Positions 1-8,437 of a DNA stretch of 64,000 bases are shown piece after piece (position 1 is the stretch's first letter; each line of letters opens with the position of its first letter). Location of the stretch: positions 3,616,001 to 3,680,000 of the forward strand of contig OZ253580.1 in assembly GCA_965263035.1 (NCBI GenBank), given 5' to 3'. The position numbers and the translations under genes are program-made. The notes beneath the pieces are model-generated. The model was not told the origin of the DNA, made no database searches, and saw only the letters and a list, made by a program, of their open reading frames with translations. Source of the DNA: Acidobacteriota bacterium (GTDB taxonomy: Bacteria > Acidobacteriota > UBA6911 > RPQK01 > JAJDTT01).

Positions 1-79
1 TGTAGTCGTTGTCCCCGCCCGCGGCGATGCCCACGAACTGTTTTCCGGTCGTGCCCGAGAGCAGAGACGTCACCATCAT
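1..79 (-). pseudogene. Short reading frame resembling the C-terminus of a PQQ-dependent dehydrogenase (runs off the window edge)
   Basis: The minus strand from ATG 79 (ATGA overlap with the upstream stop) reads MMVTSLLSGTTGKQFVGIAAGGDNDY, similar to the GKQYVVIAAGG terminal motif of quinoprotein glucose dehydrogenases. Only 26 codons are visible. Confidence 0.35.
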
Positions 80-1146
80 TGAGTTCCGGAATGGCGGGAA
101 TCTGTCGCTGCGGAACCAAGGGGGAGGCGGATCGAGGTCCCCGTTTCCGACGAGAGCCGGGTGGCTTCGACCATCTCCACGGCCGCCCTTCCGTCCTCGC
201 CCGTGACGGCGGGATCTCTGTGGTTTCGAACGGCGTCGATAAAGTCCTGGACCTGCGTATGGTAAGCCACCAACCGCTGCGGTGAATAGAGATTCTGTTT
301 TCGCTGCGCGTAGTTCCAAATGGGGGGCTGTTCCCAGACCTCCTCCCAACCTGCGCCGGCAGCCAATTTCAGCTTCCCGAACCCGTCACAGTCCAGAAGC
401 CCGTTCTCGCACCAGATCCGGGCCCGGTAGCGGCTGTGAGGAAAGCCGGGGGAGGGAATCTCGTGACTCATCCAGATCTGGGCGCCGGCCCCGCCCGAGA
501 ATCGGACCTGAGCCAGGGCGGACTGGGCGCGCCATGCGGGGCCGTGAAAGGAACCGACGCTGCCGGTCACCGATTCCGCGTCCTGCCCGGTGAGCCAGAA
601 CAGCATGTCGAACATGTGGGCGCCGCGGGCCAGAAACGCTCCTCCGGCGGCCGGTTCCTCGAGCCAGCTCTGGCCGGTGACCCCCAGCAGTGGCCAGAGG
701 GCCATGAAGTGGATCACCCGGACCGCACCCAGCGAGCCCGTCTCCAGAATCCCGTGGGCCCGGGAGAAGACGCCTCGAAATCGCAGGGACTTGATGACTC
801 CGAGGCGGCGCCCGGCCCGGCGGGACGCGCCGATCATGGCGTCGCAGTCCGCGAGTCTCGTGGCCATGGGGTTTTCCACCAGGACGTGCTTTCCCTTCCG
901 GGCGGCGGCGATGGAATGCTCCGCCAGGACCTGGTGAGGTGCGGCGATGATGACGGCGTCGATATCGTCGCGCGAGAGCAGGGAATTCACATCGGGTTCG
1001 GCATCGATTCCGTACCCAGCGGCAAATTCAGGCACCCGGGAGCCGCCCGCCACCGCCAGCAACCGCGCGCCCTCATTATATTGGAGCAGGCATCGGGCGT
1101 AGGTGTGATTCATATGCCCTGCGCCCACCAGACCGAATCTCACCAT
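76..1146 (-). CDS. Gfo/Idh/MocA family NAD(P)-dependent oxidoreductase
   Basis: N-terminal GLVGAGHM Rossmann motif, DIDAVIIAAPH, GKHVLVENP (EKP-like) and C-terminal FIDAVR..P.VTGEDG. Start placed at ATG 1146 behind a GGAG RBS. Confidence 0.92.
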   Translation of the reverse strand: MVRFGLVGAGHMNHTYARCLLQYNEGARLLAVAGGSRVPEFAAGYGIDAEPDVNSLLSRDDIDAVIIAAPHQVLAEHSIAAARKGKHVLVENPMATRLADCDAMIGASRRAGRRLGVIKSLRFRGVFSRAHGILETGSLGAVRVIHFMALWPLLGVTGQSWLEEPAAGGAFLARGAHMFDMLFWLTGQDAESVTGSVGSFHGPAWRAQSALAQVRFSGGAGAQIWMSHEIPSPGFPHSRYRARIWCENGLLDCDGFGKLKLAAGAGWEEVWEQPPIWNYAQRKQNLYSPQRLVAYHTQVQDFIDAVRNHRDPAVTGEDGRAAVEMVEATRLSSETGTSIRLPLGSAATDSRHSGTQ

Positions 1147-1334
1147 TTCGACTCCGTGCATTCCAGCCCGCAATGGTTCACCAGGTTGCTGCGGGTTTGT
1201 TGACGGAAATCCTATCGTCAGCGCCGTTCCAGTGTCATATCGGAGCCTCCAGGCAGGATATTCCGACCGCTCGGTTTCTCGCCGCGCGCGGTGTGTCCGG
1301 CTGCCGACTCACTCGAACCACCCCGCGGCACTAT

Positions 1335-4190
1335 TCATCTGAAGGTGAAACCGTAGAGGCGTGCTTGGCCGGAGAGCCGGAAGCGGAGCCTCAGAGTTCC
1401 CGAGTGCGGAAGCCGGAGCTGCCGGCCCTTGGACCACCGCACCGGGATCGCCACTCCATCTTGGTCCAGGACGGCGCCGGTGGCTAGCACCTGCTGTCCG
1501 TCCATCAGCTCGACGGCAATTTGACCCGCGCCGCCTGAGAGCCCTTCGGCATTGAGGTCAAGTTGCAGAGAAGAATGGACTCTTTCCAAGGGAATCGTGT
1601 CGAACCAGCCGGAGTCTTTCCCTTCGGCCACTTCGAGGCTCACGAATCCGTCCCGCCGGATGGTGGCCAGCCCGGTTTCCATGGGAAGATCGATCCAATC
1701 GTGAAGGGGTCCGATGCTCACGGGGCCGCCGGAGTAGTAGAGCCACAACTCGTCTCCTACCTGCACCGGTAAATTCACGGGAGAGATCCAGGCGGCATCC
1801 CAACTACCGGGTGGCCCCAATTCGACGGCGGGGACGCCGTCGCAGACATGGACGAAATTGCGGCCGTCCCGGCTCACCGCCAGCTGTTGGGGACTCAACT
1901 GCAGAGCGTCCCAGGCATCGAACAGACCCAGATAGACCTGTCCCTCGACCCACACGGACATGGCGTGCTGCTCCACCTCGGTCCCGGCCCGCGGCTGAAG
2001 GATGGGATTCTGCGGGTCCGCCGTCCACCGGATCAGGTCGGGACTCCAGTAGCGGCAGGTTCGGCGAGTGTAGCGCGGGGAGAGCAGGCCGCTGCCGAAA
2101 CAGTGACGCCCGAACACCTTCCAACGACGTTCCGGATCCGTCTCCAGCTCGTCGTAGAAGAGGTTTCTCCGGTCTCCGAAGCGGCCCGGATTGGTCCCTC
2201 CTCCAGGAAGCCGGTCCGGATTGACCCAAAACCCTTCGGTCCACCGGTAGCCGTCAGCCGAATAGTGGAGGCGGTTCCCCCCCGAGTGGTCCACCAGCGC
2301 CTTGTAGCGCTTCTTCGGGTCAGGGTCCTGCTCGTCTTTCACGACCATGGCCCAGTGCCCGCTTGGCCGATAAGCTAGATTCACAATATTGTTTTCCGTG
2401 GAACCCCGGTACTCCACCTGATCCAGGACGGGCTTGACCCAGCGGATGCCGTCCTCGCTCTCGGCGTAACCGACTCGATAGCCGCCCGAGGTCCCGCTTT
2501 TCAAGGAATCCCGGTCGGTGCCTGAGTACCACATTCGAAACCGGCCTTCATCGAGTAGGACTTCTCCGTAGGCGATGGCCCTGCCATCGTCCCAGCTTCC
2601 AGGGGGACCCCTGCGCAGAACCGGGTTGGCCGGGTGCTTCCGCATGGGGTGGAAAGAGCGTTTCAGGCCGTTGAGAACGCTCACTTCCTTTAAATCCAGG
2701 AATAGGACCCTTCGGCCCGGCGCCGGTTTCAAGTCAGGAACCTTCAGGACGTCGAAGTAGACGCCTCCGTCCCGGCCGCGGGTGGCGAGGGCCATCCCCA
2801 GAGTTCCGGCGTGCCGGCCCCGGCCTCTCCCCACGGTGTGGAAATGACTCAGGGAAGGGGCTCGCGTCGCCTCTTCGTGGGATACCGGATCTCCGCCGAC
2901 CGTCCGGCCCGCATACGGAGCGCCGAACCGGGAGCCAAGCCAACGAGAGTAGAAGGTATGACTCCGGGTCGTGTTGGTCCAGAACACCCACCCCACGTCG
3001 TGTTGATCCCGGACCAGGATGGGATGATGGGTGTGCTCCTGCCCCGTGTGCAGTCCCTGGACCGACCAGGTTTCGCCGTCGAAGAAGGCATAGAGGATCT
3101 GATGTTCCACCTTCTCCCAGGCCACCAGGGCTTGCCGGCCCCAACCGATGACGCTGTGGCTGACGAAACCGGTCCCGTTCCAGGGGACCCAAGGGGCGGA
3201 GGAGGCAAAGTCGTGTTGACGTTGGAAATCCTCCACGAAGTTGGGGAATTGGAGGTAGAAGAGATGGTTGAACCCCTTTCTTGACGACGTCAGATGCAAC
3301 GTTCCGAAGCGGTCCAGGTCGGCGGCCGGAGCACCGAAGTCACCCGGCCGCGTCAGCGGCCGCCCGATCCAGTCTCCATTCCTGGGCGAGGCGGCCCAGA
3401 GCTGCCGGGTCGGCTGACGGGCTCGTCTCGAATAGCGTTGTCCCTTGTCCTGGACCGCATAGATAGTCTTGGAAGACGATTGGACGACCTGACTGTAGAG
3501 AACCCAGGGCCGTCCCCCGGCGTCGGACACAAGATCTCCCAGTTGGACCCCTTCGCCCTGGTCGAGCCTTTCCGGGCCCGGGGTCCTGCCGTCGGCCCGG
3601 GTCCACTTTTTCTTCTGGGAGAGATTGGCGGAAGGGTCCTCGTCTCCGACGGGGCAACGGGCGTACCAGATTCCTTCGGGCTCGGAACTCTGGAAGACCA
3701 GATGCAGGACGTCGTCCTGGTCGATCACGAGGCTTGCTGCCCGGGCCCCCCGAAACGGACCGGTCAGGACGGACTGGCCCGGCCCTCCGGCGACCACCAC
3801 GGAAGAGTGAAAATCGCCGGCAATTTCAGGCTCGGCAGCTCTGGACACCGACAGGTGGATTGCGAGGTGCCCGCCGTCTGTGCCGTCGTGGGCCAGGAAC
3901 CAGATTCCCTTGGAGTTGCTGGCGATCTGCCGCCCGTTGGTCCGAGGGAAAGGGGGCGCCCCGTTGTGGCTGCCTGTCCTTAGAGTCAGGACCGCGGCCG
4001 CGTCGGGCATGGCCCAGAGACAACCTATCCAGAAGATGAGCCCGCGTGCAAAAGTGCGGGTCCGGACCCTGACCAAGCCGCAAGATGCCCGACGATGGAT
4101 CCGGGATGATGGTCGGCACGTGGGGCGAGAACCGGGAGATTCGCCCATGGGGATGATTTCGCCGGCGGACTCCGCGCGATGTGGAATCAT
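1335..4190 (-). CDS. Large secreted protein: N-terminal BNR-like propeller plus C-terminal five-bladed (GH32/GH43-like) beta-propeller and beta-sandwich; function unknown
   Basis: About 950-aa ORF with a hydrophobic signal-like stretch. Motifs HPANPVL..GSWD, FRMWY, YAESEDGIRWVKPVL..GS.ENN, RRDGFVSL and LRFRL..ARLYGFTF are shared with 13998-15473 and 17314-18882. Start uncertain (4190, 4148 or later). Confidence 0.7.
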   Translation of the reverse strand: MIPHRAESAGEIIPMGESPGSRPTCRPSSRIHRRASCGLVRVRTRTFARGLIFWIGCLWAMPDAAAVLTLRTGSHNGAPPFPRTNGRQIASNSKGIWFLAHDGTDGGHLAIHLSVSRAAEPEIAGDFHSSVVVAGGPGQSVLTGPFRGARAASLVIDQDDVLHLVFQSSEPEGIWYARCPVGDEDPSANLSQKKKWTRADGRTPGPERLDQGEGVQLGDLVSDAGGRPWVLYSQVVQSSSKTIYAVQDKGQRYSRRARQPTRQLWAASPRNGDWIGRPLTRPGDFGAPAADLDRFGTLHLTSSRKGFNHLFYLQFPNFVEDFQRQHDFASSAPWVPWNGTGFVSHSVIGWGRQALVAWEKVEHQILYAFFDGETWSVQGLHTGQEHTHHPILVRDQHDVGWVFWTNTTRSHTFYSRWLGSRFGAPYAGRTVGGDPVSHEEATRAPSLSHFHTVGRGRGRHAGTLGMALATRGRDGGVYFDVLKVPDLKPAPGRRVLFLDLKEVSVLNGLKRSFHPMRKHPANPVLRRGPPGSWDDGRAIAYGEVLLDEGRFRMWYSGTDRDSLKSGTSGGYRVGYAESEDGIRWVKPVLDQVEYRGSTENNIVNLAYRPSGHWAMVVKDEQDPDPKKRYKALVDHSGGNRLHYSADGYRWTEGFWVNPDRLPGGGTNPGRFGDRRNLFYDELETDPERRWKVFGRHCFGSGLLSPRYTRRTCRYWSPDLIRWTADPQNPILQPRAGTEVEQHAMSVWVEGQVYLGLFDAWDALQLSPQQLAVSRDGRNFVHVCDGVPAVELGPPGSWDAAWISPVNLPVQVGDELWLYYSGGPVSIGPLHDWIDLPMETGLATIRRDGFVSLEVAEGKDSGWFDTIPLERVHSSLQLDLNAEGLSGGAGQIAVELMDGQQVLATGAVLDQDGVAIPVRWSKGRQLRLPHSGTLRLRFRLSGQARLYGFTFR

Positions 4191-4197
4191 CGAGCCG

Positions 4198-7101
4198 TCA
4201 ACGATAGGTGATCCAGATGGGGGAGGACCAGGCCACATGCCCGTCGGCCTGGTGGAGCCGGACGTAGTAGAAGTGGGTTCCGGGCGTCGGGTCCGTTTCC
4301 AGGAAGGAAAAGTCGACTCGGCTCCGGCCAGGCTCTCGGGAATAGACGACCCGGTTGTCCCGGATCAGGACGACATCGGCCACCGGTCCGGTTCCCTGGG
4401 CGTGAATCCGTAGCGTGGGACCCGAATCGGCGTCGAAGACATCTCCCATGATGTGGGTGCGGCCTCCCTGTTCCGCCCGGAAATCGAGAATGATGTTGTC
4501 GGTGGCCGCGTAGGCGTGGCGGCGGCGCATGGCGTCCATCAAGCCTGGGGCGTCGAAACGCTCGACCAGCAGGCAGGCGTAGGAGTAGTGGGTGGACCAG
4601 TGATCGGAGCTGGCCTGGACTCCCAGCCGGTACCCTTTCTCCCAGGCCTTCCAGACAAAGCCTTCCTCCAGGTAGCCGCCCCGATGGGTGGAGGCATCTT
4701 CCCGAACCGCCGCGAGAGGAGCTCCCGGACGTTCGTAGGAGGTCCGGTCCCCCTGGAAGATCTCCACCAGCGGCTCCACGTCCCCGGCATGGTCCCGCCA
4801 GTCGGTCCCCATGGTGGGGGTTCCGGAAGTGTGGGACATGGCGAGTCCCTGGTACTTTCTGAGGTAGTCGTAGAGTACGTCGCCCGTATCGACGGCTCCC
4901 GAACGCTCCCGGGGCCCGGCCTGGAGTACGGGCGCTCCTCTACCGGCAAAGACCACGTTCCGGTGTCCGTTGGGGTAACCCATGTTCCGCTCGTATCCCA
5001 ACAGCGGAACGAACCTGCCGGGGAGGTGGAAACGCTGGATCGATTTCTGGGTCTCCCACCAGACATACTCTCCCGGGTAGTGGTCGGTGACGGCCAGAAA
5101 GTCCAGTGAGGCGGCGTCCAGGGCGTAGCGGTAGGTCTCATGGAGTGAACCGTCCAGTGTGCCGTCGCCGGAGTAATCGGTGTGCCGGTGCATGTCTCCC
5201 CGGACGATCCGGTAGGTCCTCCCGTCCACCTCGATGCGGTAGGAGCGGATCCGGTCGAGGTCGCCCGGCTCGTCCCGGTGGTAGGGTTCGATGGGTTCTT
5301 CCCGAGGCTGGTGATTTCTCAGTTCAGACTCCTCGCCGGCGCGGGGGAGTTCCAGCCGCCCCACCACCACGTCTTCCTGCAAGGTTCTGGAGTCGGGAGC
5401 GGCGCGGTGGATCGATCGGTGGTCCGTAAGCCACGCCATCCAAAGAGTCCCATCCGCAGAGGCATCCAGTGCCAGGGGCATGTCCAGCCGCCCTATGCTC
5501 CGGGGAAGGACCAAGGGAGTGGACCAGGCGGAACCCTGGTAGAAGACGGCGTAGGCCTCCCAACCCGGCCGGTTCATGGATCCATCCCCGGCAGTCGCTT
5601 CCTGGTGGCGAAAGAAGAGCCACATGCGTCCCCGGCGGTCCCAGAACAGCCGGGGCAGATCATTGTCGTTTCGAAATCGGACCTGGAGGGATTCTGGCGG
5701 ACGGCGGAGCCGCAATCCGCTCCGCGAAAGATCGGAGAAATGGTTTTCCAGGGTCCGAGACAGTTCTTCTACTGGACGGCTCCACCGATTCCCATCGTAA
5801 ACGGCCACCCGTATGGTTCGTTCGTCCAGAAAGGTCTGCCGCGACCGGTCGACCCAGAAGCCCGAATCCTTACCCCAGTTGGGGCCGGATTCGTTCCAGG
5901 CGATCCAGACCCGATCCCGGTCGTCACAGGCGACGTCGGCATAGGCCTCGAAGTTCCTGGAGCGAGCCACCGGGACGATTTCCCCCATTCCCCGTGCACC
6001 CACCCGGCGCAGAAGAAGGTCGTAGTCGCCCCGTGCGTAAGAGTCCCAGACCACGTGGACCCCACCCTGCGAGTCCACCGCCAGAGCCGGCTTCCAGTCG
6101 TTGGCCGTCGAGGGGCTCACCTTCCGTTCCCCACCCCAGACGCCGGCCTGGAGGGTTTTGAGAAGGATGTCCGATTGGCCGTTCCGAAACCCCTGCCAGA
6201 CCAGGTGGACCTCGCCGCCGGGACCGGCGGCGGATCGAGGGTAGAGGTCGGGAAGGGGATCCTCGGTGAGGCGTGTCACCGGTTCCAGCACGCCGTCCCG
6301 CTCGGAGCGGGCGAAAAGATCCCAGTTCCCGTCCAGTTGCTGCGACCAGATCCACAAGAGCCGGCCGTCGCCGGCCCTCACCAGCTGCAGACCGGAGAGG
6401 TCCTGACCCTTTCCGATCTCCAGCGGGGGAGACCAGGCTCCGTCGGCCAGACGGCGGCTCAGGATCCGCTGCGCGCCGTCCTTGAATTCGATCCAGCCGA
6501 TCCGGCAACCTCCCTCCGCTGCGACCAAGGCGGGGAAATCATCGTAGGTCTGTTCCTGCGTCAGGACCTGGAACAAAGGAACCTGGCTGGCGGCCGCCCG
6601 TCCTGCCATGAGGCTGCGTCTCAGACCCGGCAACAAGGTGCGGGTATCCACCTTGAAGCGGCCTCCAATGGTGGTCAGAGTCAGTTCCTGCGGCCGATCC
6701 GTCATCGCCAGCAGACCTGGCCACTCCAGCCGGGAATAGGCGCTCGTGCTCCGGAGAGAGCTCCCCCCAACGAACATCTGGTTGCCGGTCGGCTCTTCCC
6801 AATAGAGAGGGGTGCGAGGATCGTGTTTCCGGGTCCGCGCGGTCCAGGAGGATCCTGGACCCACCGAGGTGTCCCCGCCGGTCCGCCAAGGCAGGATTTG
6901 GACCGACCCCGGCTCCGCTTCCAGGCGTCCACTCCAATCGGATGGCCTGGGATCGTCGAGTCCCAACTCGATCAGGAAGCACTGCTTCCGCGAGGTCAGA
7001 TCGGACGGCAGCGTCCGGTCTCCTGCCGGACCGGTTCCGCAGCCGGGCAAGAGGAGGAGGGCCGCGACCAGGAAACCGGCTTTAGGTGTCGTGTGCTTCA
7101 A
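4198..7101 (-). CDS. Lipoprotein with beta-propeller repeats and a C-terminal PHP-like metallohydrolase (CehA/McbA, DUF3604-like)
   Basis: Lipobox-like LLPGC; repeated P.LAVD..G.VHVVW blades; PHP motifs GDMHRHTDYSGDG, VTDH, GHRNV and ASSDH; terminal YYVRL.Q.DG..AWSSPIW. Confidence 0.75.
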   Translation of the reverse strand: MKHTTPKAGFLVAALLLLPGCGTGPAGDRTLPSDLTSRKQCFLIELGLDDPRPSDWSGRLEAEPGSVQILPWRTGGDTSVGPGSSWTARTRKHDPRTPLYWEEPTGNQMFVGGSSLRSTSAYSRLEWPGLLAMTDRPQELTLTTIGGRFKVDTRTLLPGLRRSLMAGRAAASQVPLFQVLTQEQTYDDFPALVAAEGGCRIGWIEFKDGAQRILSRRLADGAWSPPLEIGKGQDLSGLQLVRAGDGRLLWIWSQQLDGNWDLFARSERDGVLEPVTRLTEDPLPDLYPRSAAGPGGEVHLVWQGFRNGQSDILLKTLQAGVWGGERKVSPSTANDWKPALAVDSQGGVHVVWDSYARGDYDLLLRRVGARGMGEIVPVARSRNFEAYADVACDDRDRVWIAWNESGPNWGKDSGFWVDRSRQTFLDERTIRVAVYDGNRWSRPVEELSRTLENHFSDLSRSGLRLRRPPESLQVRFRNDNDLPRLFWDRRGRMWLFFRHQEATAGDGSMNRPGWEAYAVFYQGSAWSTPLVLPRSIGRLDMPLALDASADGTLWMAWLTDHRSIHRAAPDSRTLQEDVVVGRLELPRAGEESELRNHQPREEPIEPYHRDEPGDLDRIRSYRIEVDGRTYRIVRGDMHRHTDYSGDGTLDGSLHETYRYALDAASLDFLAVTDHYPGEYVWWETQKSIQRFHLPGRFVPLLGYERNMGYPNGHRNVVFAGRGAPVLQAGPRERSGAVDTGDVLYDYLRKYQGLAMSHTSGTPTMGTDWRDHAGDVEPLVEIFQGDRTSYERPGAPLAAVREDASTHRGGYLEEGFVWKAWEKGYRLGVQASSDHWSTHYSYACLLVERFDAPGLMDAMRRRHAYAATDNIILDFRAEQGGRTHIMGDVFDADSGPTLRIHAQGTGPVADVVLIRDNRVVYSREPGRSRVDFSFLETDPTPGTHFYYVRLHQADGHVAWSSPIWITYR

Positions 7102-7297
7102 TGGACGAATCCGATTCGACTCCGGGATTGGGGCTCAAGAAGAGCACCGGCCCGGTTCCACGCACCGGAGAATTGCACGGCCGCCGCCGAGTGATGGCGA
7201 GGTATGAAACCTCCGACAGAAAGGTACCACAGGCTCGAAACGATTTTCCGGCTGACCTCGGACGAATAAACGATTAAACTGCTCTGATCCGGGGAGA

Positions 7298-8437
7298 GTG
7301 ACTTCCGTGAAGAGGCTTTTTGTCGTCCTGATTCTGGGTGCTCTTTTGGCGTGGGTAGGACTGCGCCTTTATCGCGAGTTGGCGGTGGAGTCCATGGACG
7401 CTCCGCAAAAAGGACCCGCACTTCTGGTCGGTACCGCCAACGTACGGCCCCACCCGTTCGAGACCAATCTGGACCTCCTGGGCGAGTTGAGGCCCCAGGC
7501 CGTAGTCGACGTCATGTCCCGGATCAGTGGACGGCTTCAGCAAGTTCTGGCCGATCGGGGCGATCCTGTCACCAAAGGGCAGCTGTTGGTGGTCGTCGAC
7601 GACGTGGATCTCCTGCAGCAGATCCACCGGGCCGAGGCAGCCGTGTCGGTGGCATCAGCCGCAGTCACTCGGGAAGAAGCGACCTACGAGAACCTGAAGG
7701 TCCAGGTAGCGCGCTACCGTGAGCTCCACGAAGAAAACCTCATCTCGACCCAGGATCTGGAGGATTTGGTCAGCCGGATGCGGGTTTCGCAGGCGCAGCT
7801 GGAACTGGTCAAGGCACAGGTCAGACAGGCGGAGGCCTCGCTGAGCGAGTACGAGATTCAGCATGATCAGACTCGTATCTACTCTCCGCTGGACGGGTTC
7901 GTCGGAGTCCGGCACTTGGAACCGGGGGCATTGGTGAACCCTAGCGTCACCATCGTCTCGGTGCTGGAGCTGGAGCGGGTCAAGACGGTGGTTCCGGTCT
8001 CGGAAAGCGGGATCAGCAGCATTCGGGTGGGTCTGCCCGCCCGAGTCGTCGTCGACGTCTATCCCGACCGGGTCTACCAGGGGACCGTCACCCGGATCAG
8101 CCCCTTCCTCAATCCGGAGACGCGGAGCGCCGACGTCGAGATCGAGATCATGAATCGTGACGGGATGCTGAAGCCGGGGATGTTTGCCCACGCGAGGATC
8201 GACGCCAAAATCTCCGAGACGGCGCTCAGCATCCCCCGCTCGGCGTTGCTGACCCGCGGCGAGCAGCACGGCGTCTATTTTCTGACCCGGGAACGGACCG
8301 CGGTGTTTCGGGAGATCGAGATCGGGCGCATCGTGGGCGATGTGGTGGAGGTTCTGGCCGGCCTGTACGATGGCGCCGAGGTGGTCGCCTCTGGAGCCCA
8401 GAACTTGAACGAAGGGGATGCGGTGAGGTCCGAATGA
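7298..8437 (+). CDS. RND efflux periplasmic adaptor (membrane fusion protein)
   Basis: N-terminal TM, lipoyl halves (GDPVTKGQLL, IYSPLDGFV), coiled-coil hairpin, LKPGMF. ATGA overlap with the RND permease. Confidence 0.95.
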   Translation: MTSVKRLFVVLILGALLAWVGLRLYRELAVESMDAPQKGPALLVGTANVRPHPFETNLDLLGELRPQAVVDVMSRISGRLQQVLADRGDPVTKGQLLVVVDDVDLLQQIHRAEAAVSVASAAVTREEATYENLKVQVARYRELHEENLISTQDLEDLVSRMRVSQAQLELVKAQVRQAEASLSEYEIQHDQTRIYSPLDGFVGVRHLEPGALVNPSVTIVSVLELERVKTVVPVSESGISSIRVGLPARVVVDVYPDRVYQGTVTRISPFLNPETRSADVEIEIMNRDGMLKPGMFAHARIDAKISETALSIPRSALLTRGEQHGVYFLTRERTAVFREIEIGRIVGDVVEVLAGLYDGAEVVASGAQNLNEGDAVRSE

